This document shows positions 48,041 to 61,496 of a DNA stretch of 64,000 bases, in pieces. The stretch is taken from contig OZ024740.1 of NCBI GenBank assembly GCA_964016885.1, forward strand, positions 123,504,001 to 123,568,000, read 5' to 3'. Each line of letters starts with the position of its first letter. Within the stretch, counting starts at the first letter, position 1. The DNA comes from Eledone cirrhosa (lineage: Eukaryota). Position numbers and translations under genes: made by a program. The notes under the pieces are model-generated. The model did no database searches. It saw nothing but the letters and a program-made list of their open reading frames with translations, and was not told where the DNA came from.

Positions 48041-49656
48041 GTGGAGATGATCATTGAGAGTGAGGTGGAGTTCTACGACGTCGACACAGACGAACTGGGC
48101 CTCCTACTTAGACTTACCTACGACACTGACTACCTAGACAGCCATGACCTTAGACGTTTCTGCCCTAGTAGACCTATAAGAGGTAGACCCCCCACCATAA
48201 CCTCAATGGCAAAAAAGACTCCCATGGGAAGGTGGATTGGGTGGACTAAAGCTATACGGACCCCCCAAAACAATGATCAGGTAAGAAAAATGGTCGCACA
48301 TGCAATAGGGGCTAGTATAAAAACTACCCTAAAGGGCCACATATTTAAGTTTAACGAGAAGATCTACACCCAAAATGAGGGAGCAGCCATCGGCGTCAGC
48401 ATAGCTGGTGATGTTGCCAACCTTTTCATGGTATGGTGGGAAAGGAGACTTAAAGATCTCCTTAATGAGAGCTCCATAGACCTCATCATGTACTCTCGTT
48501 ATGTAGATGATATCAATATAGTGATAAGAACACCCCCACTAGAGAGCACTAACAAGTTTGATTTAGAACGTAGCACGATGGAAAGCATCCAGCAGGTAAC
48601 TAATTCCATACACCAGAGTATAACTGTAACTATCGACTTCCCTTCCAAACACCCTAACAGTAGACTACCTGTATTAGACACAGAACTCTGGATTAACACT
48701 ATAGACGAGAGAGCCCAAATTCTCCACTCACAATATACTAAACCCATGGCCTCCAAATACCTGATACTCAAAAACTCAGCAGTGTCCAGTAGTGCTAAGT
48801 TTAATATTCTGATCGCAGATTTGGTACGAGTGATGAAGAATGTGTACCGCATGTGCGACCCAACAGAAATGGAAAGACACATCTAACACTTCATCAACCG
48901 CATGCAGTTCTCTGGCTACAACCAAAGAGACAGAATCAGAGTATACGAAGGAGCCATGGAGAAGTATAAGACCTTCATAGAACTGGACATGAAAGGAATT
49001 TGCCCATTATACAGGAGAAAATCATGGAATAGCTTAGATAGGGCTAGACATAAGGTAGGGAAAGCCACCTCATGGTACGACAACCTGAGTACCAGAGTGT
49101 CATGTTTGTGGACGCTACCACTGGAGGGAAATTAGCTAACCAGTGTAGAAAGGCCCTGAGAAAGACCCACTTAAAAATAAAGGTGGTAGAAAAGCCAGGA
49201 ACCACCATAAAATCCCTGATCAGCAAAACCTACCCTTTTAAGAAAACCCACTGTACCAATAGGAAATGTATCATATGTAAGGTGAAACCCCGAATAAACT
49301 GTAAAACTAGAAACGTAGTCTATAGCATAATATGTACAGAGGGTACTTGCAGAAACAGGACAACAACATACATAGGTGAGACAGCTCGTAGCATAGTTGA
49401 AAGGATAGACCAACACTGGGGGGAACTAAAAGGACGAAAAAACGGGTCAATACTATACGAACATGCTAGACAACAACATGACGGTAACATAGACAACATA
49501 GAAATTAGAATAATATCTAAACATAGAAATGACCCAGCAGATAGGCAAATCAGAGAGGCCAGTGAAATAGAAATTAGAAGACCAAGGCGAAACAGAAAGA
49601 ATGAATGGAATAACAACAGCACCCAAACAAACAACACTGACCTAAGAGAAGTATAA
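48041..49656 (+). pseudogene. PLE RT + GIY-YIG with an in-frame TAA at 48884 and a frameshift at ~49080
   Basis: YTQNEGAAIGVSIAGDVANLFM, YSRYVDDI, DFPSKHPNSRLPVLD, CTNRKCIIC...NCKTRNVVYSIIC...YIGETARS..ER..QH. Confidence 0.9.
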
Positions 49657-49892
49657 ATAAGTAAATAAAATAAAATAAATAAATAAATACATACACAAGC
49701 ACAATAACAACAAGCACATAAACACACACTAGTCACCCATCACACAGCAAACAAAACATTATACACACACGCAAACGCATGTGCAAAGAAGACAAAATAA
49801 AATAAACAAACAAGCAAATAAATAAATAAATATATAGAGAGACTGAATAAAAATGGCGTAGACATACAATACAACAGGAGGAAAATATAGCA

Positions 49893-49935
49893 CCACTGAC
49901 GATGTTGCAGATGTGCAACGAAAGATTTATGATAA
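49893..49935 (+). ncRNA. HHR-like core in the pseudo-LTR (minus-strand copy ~48005-48043); stems I/III uncertain
   Basis: CUGACGA-U-GUUGCA(GAUG)UGCAAC-GAAA. Confidence 0.5.
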
Positions 49936-50149
49936 ACTATATATATGTGTTTGTGTCTATATTGTATCTGTATTATTTTTGACCGCAGATCAGTCAATGG
50001 CAACATTTAGGACCGAGTATATTAGATTACCGATATAAAAGACACAGAAGCGAGAAGCGAAAACCAACCAAACAGTGAGTGTGTTCTGTTATTTATTCTG
50101 GCAATATTACACAAATATGACCCCCACTAAATATATGTTTATATATATA

Positions 50150-50838
50150 AACGGAAAAATAAAAAGAAATTTCATTTGCCACTCTTAGTACGGCTGTTAC
50201 TTAAATATAAGTATGTACACGTACGGAAAAAATGAAATGCACGTGTACATACTTATATTTAATTAACAGCCGTACTAAGAGTGGGAAATGAAATTTCGTT
50301 TCATTTTTCCCGTTTATCGTTTTCGGTGCACCCGGCCGATTAACCCACTCGATATGCAAATTGGGCTTCTCAGCCGTTAATATGCATAAGGTAAGTATAT
50401 ACGTTCAACAATCTGGCAGGAAGGTATACATTGCTGACGATAGCTAATAAGCTTGAAACTAGTACAGCGTTCCTTTGTCAGTGTTGAACAAACGAGCAAC
50501 GATGGTTGCTGGACACGACGGCTTATTACGGGATGTTTGTTTACAAACACACGGAGCATTATAATAAATGTTCGGTTAATCCATACGTACATATATATAT
50601 GTGTGCATGTATGTATATATATATACATACTACTGTACGTCTGTATACATATATGTATGTACGTGTACATACTTATATTTAAGTAACAGCCGTACTAAGA
50701 GTGGGAAATGAAATTTGGTTTCATTTTTTCCGTTTATCGTTTTCGGTGCACCCGGCCGATTAACCCACTTGATATGCAAATTGGGCTTCTCAGCCGTTAA
50801 TATGCATCAGGTAAGTATATACGTTCAATAATCTGGCA
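50150..50838 (+). mobile_element. Retrozyme-like 'octamer' family unit (420 bp period) with a short inverted 5' piece; HHR at 50428-50470
   Basis: 50241 recurs at 50661; ACAUUG-CUGACGA-UAGCU(AAUA)AGCUU-GAAA-CUAG-UA-CAGCGU. Confidence 0.8.
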
Positions 50839-50910
50839 GGGGTCGATAAAATAAAGTACCAGTAATGTACTGGTTAATTGCTGGACTTGTGCCTAAAGTA
50901 GAAACTATTC
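50838..50910 (+). mobile_element. SINE fragment (GGGGTCGATAAAATAAAGTACCAG central domain and tail), as seen in octopus SINEs
   Basis: Motif recognition from memory; a related tail GCTGGCCTTGTGCCTAGGGTAGAAAC occurs at ~12531. Confidence 0.5.
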
Positions 50911-51237
50911 TTTGTCTAAGCAGACGGTACTTGATTTAGTAGTTGCAGAAACCCAATACTGGATATTACCAACCTCGCAGGGGTCCGGGTATAATTTTCA
51001 ATCATATTTTATTTGTTTGACCCGAATTACTTGGTCGTTTCTATGGCTGTGCGGGTAATGGTTTAACCATCGTGTCAGTGTGTTTGGCATTTTAACTCAT
51101 GGTGTTGCTCTAGTTCACTCGCTTCTATGGAGCGCTTGCCACACATCTCGGAAGTTGTTTTTCGCTAATTACCAATAGCCGAAATACGACTCTCGCTAAT
51201 TTATATTTATATATATAAATATATATATATATGTTTA

Positions 51238-51293
<56 letters not shown>

Positions 51294-51569
51294 TATATTT
51301 ATATATATATATATATATGTGTGTGTGTTTATAAATATATATATATGTGTGTTTATAAATATATATATATATATGTTTATATATATATATATATATATAT
51401 ATGTTTATATATGTATATGTTTATATATATATATATATGTTTATATATATATATATATGTTTATATATATATATATATGTTTCTATATATATATATATGT
51501 ATATATATATATGTTTATATATATATATATATATATGTTTAGATATATATATATATATGTTTATATATA

Positions 51570-52210
51570 TCTGTATATATATAAAAGCTAGGATGTGTGT
51601 GTGTCTGTGTACAATATGGCATGCATAATGCTTTCACAATTACCAGCTGAATTCGACCAAATGTTATGTGCACGTTGCGCAGGTCGCTAAGATTGTCACA
51701 TCACAAACATTTTTCAAATCGACCCACGTTGAGCAATAAAAAATCGATATCAAAATTATCGGTAGAAAAATTGATGTTAGGGAGATAACAAACTTTATTG
51801 ACAATCCTTATAAAAAGGGGAGATAACCTTTTTACCAACCATACACAGCAAAGGATGCTCTCAAAGAATACATTTTCTCTTATTCTACTCTCATTGATTT
51901 TTTGTCTGTATACAACTCTGCTTTCATTACAAAGTTTTGTACCTTAGCAAAACTGCCTGTTTCTTTTTACAGATTTGCAACGTGTATTGTCTTTAATCAT
52001 TTGTATAACTACATTCTGTTCAGTTTTTTCCTTCATTATCAGCATAGTTTTGTGTGTAAAAAGATTGCACTAAATATTCGTTAGCATTAATTATTGAAGA
52101 CTTCTGCTTATTTTGACAGGTTGGTGACAACTAATGTTCTTCTTTTACTTCCTAGCTGTATATTCTTAGCATAATTTCAAACCCCGAGCAACGCCGGGTA
52201 AATCTGCTAG
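51570..52210 (+). mobile_element. Non-autonomous Helitron
   Basis: 5' TC (TCTGTATATATATAAAAGC..GGATGTGTG); 3' CCCGAGCAACGCCGGG hairpin, sharing CCCGAGCAACGCCGG with the autonomous copy, followed by CTAG|T. Confidence 0.85.
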
Positions 52211-52443
52211 TAGTATATATAGAGTAATGCAAATGTTATGTGTGATTATTATGTGAGATAAAGCTTTCACTACAGAAATACAATAGTATATATACAGTAA
52301 TGTAAATGTTATGTGAGATAAAGCCTTTACTACAAAAATACAATAGTATATATAGAGTAATGTAAAGGTTATGTGAGATAAAGCCTTTACTACAAAAATG
52401 CAATAGTATATATAGAGTAATGTAAATGTTATGTGAGATATTA
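52211..52443. repeat. 60-bp minisatellite, ~4 units
   Basis: TAGTATATATAGAGTAATGTAAATGTTATGTGAGATAAAGCCTTTACTACAAAAATACAA repeated. Confidence 0.9.
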
Positions 52444-53035
52444 TCTATATATATAAAACTGAGGATGTCTTTGTGTGTGTGTGTGTGTGAGTTTGAATCC
52501 CTAAAACTCGAGAACCACCCAACCAACTGTTTTCAAACTTTACACATGTAATAATTATGTTTCAGGGAGTGTTGTGCGTGAAGAAATTTCAAATGTTCAA
52601 TGCCCTAGGGACCGCACTGGGTAATTTAGCGATCTCTCTCTATAATTCTTAGTCTTTCTCTTTTTAGATAGATACATACATATAACGTCGCGCCCTTATA
52701 ATATCTGTCTGTATGTCTGGCTGTCTGCATTACGTCACTTCCCGCAATTTCCTGTGCGTCAATAACGCACACTTATAATATCTGTCTGTATGACTGGCTG
52801 TCTACTGCCTCCGGCTAATCTGCCACCCTTGCTCAAAACAAAACTCAATATTCCCCAAACAGTTGGTAAGTGCACAAAACTTCTTCCTCACGTTTTAAGC
52901 GACAGTGTTGCTTACTTACGTAACACCAGACCCTTACTTCTTTGCCAGTTGTGGTTGTGGCAAAACTAAGCTTAGCTAAGGTGGTTATATATTTCACAAT
53001 AACTTATCCCGTGAAACGCCGGGTACCATTGCTAG
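52444..53035 (+). mobile_element. Non-autonomous Helitron
   Basis: 5' TCTATATATATAAAAC...CCCTAAAACTCGAGAA..ACCCAACC..TTTCAAACTTTACA, homologous to 3557-3660; 3' CCCGTGAAACGCCGGG hairpin + CTAG|T. Confidence 0.85.
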
Positions 53036-53122
53036 TATATATATATATATATATATGTTTATATATAAGAGGCATATTAATATGTTTATATATATATATA
53101 TATATGTTTATATATATATATG

Positions 53123-53206
<84 letters not shown>

Positions 53207-53232
53207 TATATATATATATATATATATATGTT

Positions 53233-53291
<59 letters not shown>

Positions 53292-53406
53292 TTATATATA
53301 TATATGTTTGTATATATATATATATATGTTTGTATATATATATATATATGTTTGTATATATATATATATGTTTGTATATATATATGTTTATATATATATA
53401 TATATA

Positions 53407-53443
<37 letters not shown>

Positions 53444-54239
53444 TTATATATATATATATGTTTGTATATATATATATATATGTTTGTATATATATATATA
53501 TATGTTTGTATGTATATACATATATGTTTGTATATATATATGTTTGTATATATATATGTTTGTATATATATATGTTTGTATATATATATGTTTGTATATA
53601 TATATGTTTGTATATATATATATGTTTGTATATATATATGTTTGTATATATATATGTTTGTATATATATATGTTTGTATATATATATGTTTATATATATA
53701 TATATGTTTATATATATGTATATATGTATATATGTTTTTATATATATGTATATATGTTTATATATATGTATATATGTATATATGTTTTTATATATATGTA
53801 TATATGTTTATATATATATATATATATATATATATGTTTATATATATATATGTTTATATATATATATATGTTTATATGTGTATATATATGTTTATATATA
53901 TGTATATATATATATATATATATGTTTATATGTGTATATATATGTTTATATATATGTATATATGTTTATATATATATATATGTTTATATATGTATATATG
54001 TTTATATATATATATATATGTTTATATATATGTAGTTTATATATATATATTTATATATATATATATGTTTATATATATATATATGTTTATATATATGTTT
54101 ATATATATATATGTTTATATATATATGTTTATATATATATATGTTTATATATATATATATATGTTTATATATATGTTTATATATATAAATGTTTATATAT
54201 TTATATATATATATGCTTATATATTTATATATATATATG

Positions 54240-54312
<73 letters not shown>

Positions 54313-54361
54313 ATTTATATATATATATGCTTATATATTTATATATATATATATGCTTATA

Positions 54362-54432
<71 letters not shown>

Positions 54433-54433
<1 letters not shown>

Positions 54434-55222
54434 AATTCTGTGAATTAATTTATATCCTGATTCTCTATTGAAATGAGATTGAATTATTTTTCCTACATCT
54501 TACGTTAACTATTTTTCCCATATTGACGACATAGTCGCATATATGTTATGGAATACTGTTAGCTTCTCGCTAAAACAATTGCTATACGTTTCATTTATAT
54601 ATTTATACTCGGATTTTTTTCCTAGAGTGCTTAAATTATCTGTGACGAATCCCGGTTTTTTTAATAAAAACTGCGATAATATTGCTGTTTGCTGAACTCC
54701 TTTTGTAGAGTTTTTTTCGGAATGCATTTGACTGTTATTTCTTGTAAACAAACATTCATTTAATCCTGATGTCACTAGCCCTGTTTTTCCTCATGTGCGT
54801 TTTTCATAATCACACATGATGGTGAACTAGCCAGTTTTAGAATTCCCTTTTTGGCTTATAAATCTGTGAGAGTCCTTGTTATCTGTTGAGCACTGCTGAC
54901 GATTGAAATCCAAAGGTGACCATCTCCACTGAAAGTTTTCATGAAATAGTCTTCAAGACTATACAGAGCATTTGATGTTTTTCCAAATTGAAGGATAAGT
55001 ATTTTAGACATTATTTTATCATGAGTTAAGGGTCTATTGATTTTTTCCTGGATTTCACTAAATTCTGTGGATGAATTTATATCCTGATTCTCTTTTGAAA
55101 TGAGTTTGAATTATTTTTCCTGCATCTTACATTAACTATTTTTCCCATCTTGACGATATAGGCGCATATATGTTATGTAATACTGTTAGCTTCTCGCTAA
55201 AACAATTTCTATACCTTTCATT
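54433..55222 (+). mobile_element. Retrozyme-like ~628 bp unit (1.25 copies) with an HHR
   Basis: 54433-54595 is repeated at ~55060-55222; HHR at 54890-54969. Confidence 0.7.
54890..54969 (+). ncRNA. Type I hammerhead ribozyme with a full stem III
   Basis: GC(A)CUG-CUGACGA-UUGAAA...UUUCAU-GAAA-UAGUC(UUCAA)GACUA-UA-CAG(A)GC. Confidence 0.72.
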
Positions 55223-55389
55223 TATATATATATATATATGTATGTTTATATATGTTTATATATATACAAGTTTATGTATGTTTATATATATATAATTTTA
55301 TGTATGTTTATATATATATATATATATATGTTTATGCATATTTATATATATATTTATATGTGTATATATATATATTTATGTTAATATAT

Positions 55390-55434
<45 letters not shown>

Positions 55435-55813
55435 CAAATGTTTATATATATATATGTTTATATGTTTATATATATATATATATATATGATTATATATATA
55501 TATTTATATGTTTATATTTATATATATATTTATATGTTCATATATATATATATATATATGTTTATATATGTTTATATATATATATATGTTTATATATGTT
55601 TATATATATATATATGTTTATATATGTTTATATATATATATATATTAATATTTATATATGTTTATATATATATATATGTTTATATATGTTTATAAACTTA
55701 TAAATGTATATATATATAAACATATATAAACATATATATATATGTTTATATGTTTATATATATATATATATATGTTTATATATATATACATTTATATGTT
55801 TATATATATATAT

Positions 55814-56195
55814 AAGGCAGAATTCTAGGAGAAGGAAAACTCTGATATAACACCTGCAACCCTGATGGTATCCAATGATGTTGACTTGTTCTTCTTTTTG
55901 GTAAATATCATCTTGGTTAAGAGAGTGGGACTGGCTTTGTGCAGTGCCTTTGCTCACTATAAAAGCTTCACGGCACAGGCATTGCTTTATATCTGGAGAT
56001 CTCTCTGCACTTGTCGTCACATGGTACCATGGGCCCAGCACTATGTGTCAGTAATTGTCACAAGTGTAGTGTTTGTACCAGAGTTTTCAAGTCGCTGGCT
56101 GGACTAAAAAGTCACACTCGTTCAGCGCATCGGTAGGGGTTCTCCTACATGGATATAAAGTAGTGGCCGTACTCGAAAACGAGTTGGCAGCCACC
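55814..56195 (+). mobile_element. Second copy of the RTE-related short element
   Basis: Near-identical to ~2988-3368. Confidence 0.6.
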
Positions 56196-56210
56196 ATATA
56201 TATATATATA

Positions 56211-56924
56211 TGTAAGTATGTATGTATACGTACATACATATATGTATACAGACGTACAGTAGCATGCATATATATATATATATACACATATATACACATA
56301 TGCATACATGTACACATACATATATGCACGCATCAGTTTAGCCGACGTTTATTATAACGCCGGCCGCTTTGTTCGTTTGTTTGTCAACAAACCGAACAGC
56401 CTGAATTTATGCCATACAGTGTTAAGGCAACCACGTCAACTTTTTGTTCAACACTGACACAGGAACGATGTAATAGTTTCAAGCTTGTTAGCTATCATCA
56501 GCACCGTTTACCCATCTGCCAGATAGTTGAACGTTCGAAAGTCCTTATGAAAATTAAAGGCTGAGCAGCCTAATTTGCATATTGAGTGAGTTAACTTATC
56601 GTTTTCGGTATGCCTGACCGATTTAACTCACTCAATATGCAAATTAGGCTGCGCAGCTGTTAATTTTCATAAGGACTTTCGAACGTTCAACTATCTGGCA
56701 GATGGGTAAACGGTGCTGATGAGAGCTAACAAGCTTGAAACTAGTACATCGTTCCTGTGTCAGTGTTGAACAAAAAGCTGACGTGGTTGCCTTAACACTG
56801 TATGGCATAAATTCAGGCTGTTCGGTTTGTTGACAAACAAACGAACAAAGCGGCCGGCGTTATAATAAACGTCGGCTAAACTGATGCGTGCATATGTGTA
56901 TGTGTACCTGTATGCATATGTGTA

Positions 56925-56990
<66 letters not shown>

Positions 56991-57431
56991 TGCTACTGTA
57001 CGTCTGTATACATATATGTATGTACGTATACATACATACTTACATTTAAGTAAGTGCCATACTAAGAGTGAGAAATGAAATTTCGTTTTCATTTTTTTCA
57101 ACTTATCGTTTTCGGTATGCCTGACCGATTTAACTCACTCAATATGCAAATTAGGCTGCTCAGCCGTTAATTTTCATAAGGACTTTCGAACGTTCAACTA
57201 TCTGGCAGATGGGTAAACGGTGCTGATGATAGCTAACAAGCTTGAAACTAGTACATCGTTCCTGTGTCAGTGTTGAACAAAAAGCTGACGTGGTTGCCTT
57301 AACACTGTATGGCATAAATTAAGGCTGTTCGGTTTGTTGACAAACAAACGAACAAAGCGGCCGGCGTTATGATAAACATCGGCTAAACTGATGCGTGCAT
57401 ATATGTATGTGTACCTGTATGCCTATGTGTA

Positions 57432-57481
<50 letters not shown>

Positions 57482-57594
57482 TGCGACTGTACGTCTGTAT
57501 ACATATATGTATGTACGTATACATACATACTTACATTTAAGTAAGTGCCATACTAAGAGTGAGAAATGAAATTTCGTTTTCATTTTTTTCAACT
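56211..57594. mobile_element. Retrozyme-like 'octamer' family: one inverted partial unit then two tandem ~507 bp units
   Basis: HHRs at 56465-56507 (-), 56710-56752 and 57217-57259 (+): ACGGUG-CUGAUGA-(G/U)AGCU(AACA)AGCUU-GAAA-CUAG-UA-CAUCGU. Each unit contains an internal (TA)n run. Confidence 0.88.
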
Positions 57595-57899
57595 TATATA
57601 TATATATGTTTATATATATATTTATACGTTTATATATATATATGTTTATATATATTTATATATATATGTTTATATATGTTAATATATGTTTATATATATA
57701 TATATGTATAAATAATAATTACTGTTTATATATATATATTTATATATGTTTATATATATATATATATATATATATCTTTATATATATATAAATGTTTATA
57801 TATATATATGTTTATATATATATATATATATGTTTATATATATATATGTTTATATATATATTTATATATGTTTATATATATATATATATATTTATATAT

Positions 57900-57934
<35 letters not shown>

Positions 57935-58820
57935 TATATATATATATGTTTATATATATATATATGTTTATATAGATATATATATGTTTATATAGATATA
58001 TATATGATTATATATATATATATAGATATATATCTATATATATAATCAACAACAAAGAACGCCTATAGCATATGCATATCTTTACTTGCTAACATTGTTT
58101 CATCCGCACTATAAGTGGAACTCATCAGAGCATAAAGGTTGATTACATATCACACAAGCAATAACAAATCCAAGACATATTCAAGAAATATATTCTAAAA
58201 AAATATATATCTTATCTCAATTTACTTTATTTTATTTTATTTTATTTCATTTCATTTTATTTAATTTTATTTATTTAATTTTATTTAATTATATCTTATA
58301 TTATATTATTTTATTTTAGTTTATTTTATTTTATTTTATTTTATTTTATTTTATCTTATTTTATTATTATATTATATTATATTTTATTTTATATAATTTT
58401 AATTTTAATTTAATTTAATTTAATTTTATTTTATTTTATTTTATTTCACTCCTTACCCTGTATCACTATTATCTGTATATTTTATATGTATGTTTTTTAT
58501 ATTTTATTATATATATTATATGTCTATTTTTTACCTATTTTTCACCTATTTTTTTATCTATTCTTACCTACTCCTATCTATCTTATCTATTCTTGTCTGT
58601 TCTCTTATCCATGTGTATGCTTGTATGTAACTATATGTTGACAGCACCCCGCCCAACTGTGACTGATAGCACCCCTTATTTTTCAATTATTTTTCAATGT
58701 TTATTTTTCAATGTCTATTTTTATTTTTACTTCCTCAATATTTTTTATCCTTTATTATTTTTTATTCTTTATTTCTTCAATGTCTTGGATTTGTTATTGC
58801 TTGTGTGATATGTAATCAAC

Positions 58821-58878
58821 CTTTATGCTCTGATGAGTCCCACTTATAGTGCGGATGAAACAATGTTAGCAAGTAAAG
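58821..58878 (+). ncRNA. Minimal type I hammerhead ribozyme in the pLTR (copies 63532-63589 on +, 58080-58137 on -)
   Basis: CUUUA-UGCU-CUGAUGA-GUCC-CAC(UUAUA)GUG-C-GGAU-GAAA-CAAUG-UU-AGCA(AG)UAAAG. Confidence 0.85.
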
Positions 58879-58974
58879 ATATGCATATGCTATAGGCGTT
58901 CTTTGTTGTTGATTATATCACGGCTCTGTCCTCAGACATCGAGCTAACCTTATACTGCCTGTTGGATAAGTGGA

Positions 58975-61496
58975 GTGTTATACACCCCTGATCCTCTCCC
59001 TAATATACTATACGGCTCCCACTGGATGAGCTTAAACTTTGATATACGTGGATTTGTATCCTTGTATATTATCAGGCAGTATGCTAACAAAGACATACTT
59101 ACCCATTTCTTTGAAGAATATTCCCACCCCCCTAAAATCTCATATGAGAAATCACTGATAACTAGCATAAACTCCTTCGTAAAACGCGTTCGGTGGCGTG
59201 CGTTCCATTTTGATAAGAAGTATGATAGCCCTGAATATAAGCGTAGTTTTAATATTTATGGATTTAAGACATATAGGAGCCCCCCGCATAGTAGCCTGTT
59301 GGATAATTTCGAAAGTGAGCTATTATCCCTTGTTAGGAATATTAGATATAAAAAATCTAGATGTACCCATAAATTTCAGAGTAAACTAAGTTCTATCGTT
59401 AGGGACTTTAGGGATAATAAATCCATTCTGGTCCCCTCTGACAAAACTAAAAACTTATATAGTATGGATTATAAAACCTATCGCGGCTTCATTTATAATG
59501 AACTACATAGGAACTACAAAAAAACAACGCTGAGTAATTTAGATAATATTAATCTGGAGGGGTATAACATAGTGGTAAAATTAGGTCTGGATAAACACAC
59601 TCAACCTTATTACCCCAAGCAGCCTAGATTCACCCTCAAGGACCATAAGGAAAATTTTATTAGCAGACCCTCAGTTAGGCTTATCTGCCCCTCCAAGTCT
59701 GACCTGGTGATTATTAGTAAGGGAATCTTGGATAGCGTTATTCCCCTGGTTAGAGAAAAAACTTCCCTTGAGCTTTGGGGTAACACTAGTGAAGTCATTA
59801 GGTGGTTCTCTACGGATTGTGGTCGTGACTCACTCAGATTCATCCAATTTGATATTGATGCTTATTATATATCTATATCTCCTATTATCCTCAATAAGGC
59901 CCTTATCCTAGCCATGCAGAGGGGGGCAATTACAAGGCCACAGATAGATATTGTTCACGCTGCACGTAAAACCATTATCATGTTTGAGGATAATCTATGG
60001 ACGAGAAAAAACACACCTGATAATTTTGACATTACTATGGGGTCGAGTGATTCTGCTCAGGTCACCGACTTAGTTGGGCTATACCTCCTCAATGAACTGC
60101 ATAGTAACTTCCCATTCCTTAGGGGTGGGTTGTACCGGGATGACGCCCTACTCTCCATAGATACTAGTAAGTATAATATAGTGCGCATTAGGAAAAAGCT
60201 GCAGAGCTTTTTTAAAACCTTTAACCTATCCATTACTATGGATATAAATGATAGAACTGTGAACTTCCTGGATGTTACATTAGACTTGGATAACCATACG
60301 TACACACCGTACCATAAGCCTAATGAATTGCTGACTTACGTGAATACCAACTCTAACCACCCTAGGTCGGTCATCAGCGGTATATTGAAGGGCGTATCTA
60401 ACAGAATAAGTTCACTCTCACATAGTGAAGAGGCGTTTGACTCGCAGGCTGATTACTATAATGATGCCTTAGCTAGATCCGGCTTTAGGGACAAATTGTA
60501 TTATACCCAGGGAAATAATAGTCCTAATAGTAGCTCTACCAGTGTTGTTATAACACATAATATGTCCATTGGTAATAGAGGTGTCGCGAATGGGAGGGTT
60601 CTAAATGCCAGTGGAATGAACCAGCAGGGTACCATTAGTCTAAGTAATAGCAATGGTAGGCCTCGCAGCTCCCCGCATAAATTTGGTGAGCATAGTAACC
60701 GTAGAAATAATAATACTAATAATAATAATAGTGATGGAAATAAAAAGAATAAAAAGAATAGAAGAAGATTGAATACATACTTCAACCCCCCTTTTAACTC
60801 TGAAGTGGCTATAAATATTCCTAGGGCCTTCTTCTCTGTGTTAGAAAGGAACTTCCCTCCTGGTAATAGGTACCACTCTATCCTCAATAAGAATGTTGTT
60901 AAACTTTCGTATTCTACAACCCAAAATCTGGCCTCTCATCTGGCCATTACTAATAATAGGAAAATAAAGGAAGGCCTGGACAACCTAAGCCTAGGGAAAA
61001 CACGGTAGTGGACGGAGGGGGCCGGAACACAAGTGGTGATCATTCTGAGAATAGCATCACCAGAAATTGTAACTGTAGAAGGGCTTCAGGCTGCCCCCTG
61101 AATGGTTTCTGCCTTATTAGAAACATAGTTTACGCGTGTGATGTGGTAACTGCGGCGTCCACTAAAACCTATATAGGATCAACCTCCACCCCCTTTAAGA
61201 CCAGGTTTAACTCTCACCAGTGCACTTTTAGACACAATAAACTGAGGAACTCCACCTCCTTGGCAGCGTACGTCCACAATTTAAAAAATGCACGAACACA
61301 TTACACACTTACTTGGCGGCAGGTTGCTAAATCCCATCCATATACTCCTCATAATAGAGTATGTAACCTATGCCTTGCCGAATCCCACTCTATTATATTT
61401 GCTAAATGCCCTCTACTAAACAGAAAGTCAGGAATATTTTCCTCTTGCCCCCACCGAATATTAAGCTCTTTCTTCTACTTTAAACCTATTAACTAG
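58975..61496 (+). CDS. PLE RT-GIY-YIG polyprotein, one frameshift near 60960-61008
   Basis: VPSDKTKNLY, LKDHKENF, QFDIDAYY, FDITMGSSDSAQVTDLVG, GLYRDD, NFLDVTL; second frame CNCRRASGCPLNGFCL, IVYAC...YIGST..FKTRF, CNLC...CPH. True start codon uncertain. Confidence 0.88.

Larger units (their letters stand above)
47735..50130 (+). mobile_element. 5'-truncated PLE of a second RT type (YVDD; possibly Nematis-like) with an inverted pseudo-LTR at 47735-48043
   Basis: 47810-48043 is the reverse complement of 49893-50125; coding region below. Confidence 0.85.

Noticed and set aside
60991-61010. Programmed -1 frameshift at GGGAAAA between RT and EN
   Set aside because: The heptamer is not in X XXY YYZ register with the RT frame (codons CTA GGG AAA), and the paralogues at 37198 and 23961 have RT and EN in one frame; a 1-nt indel is more likely.
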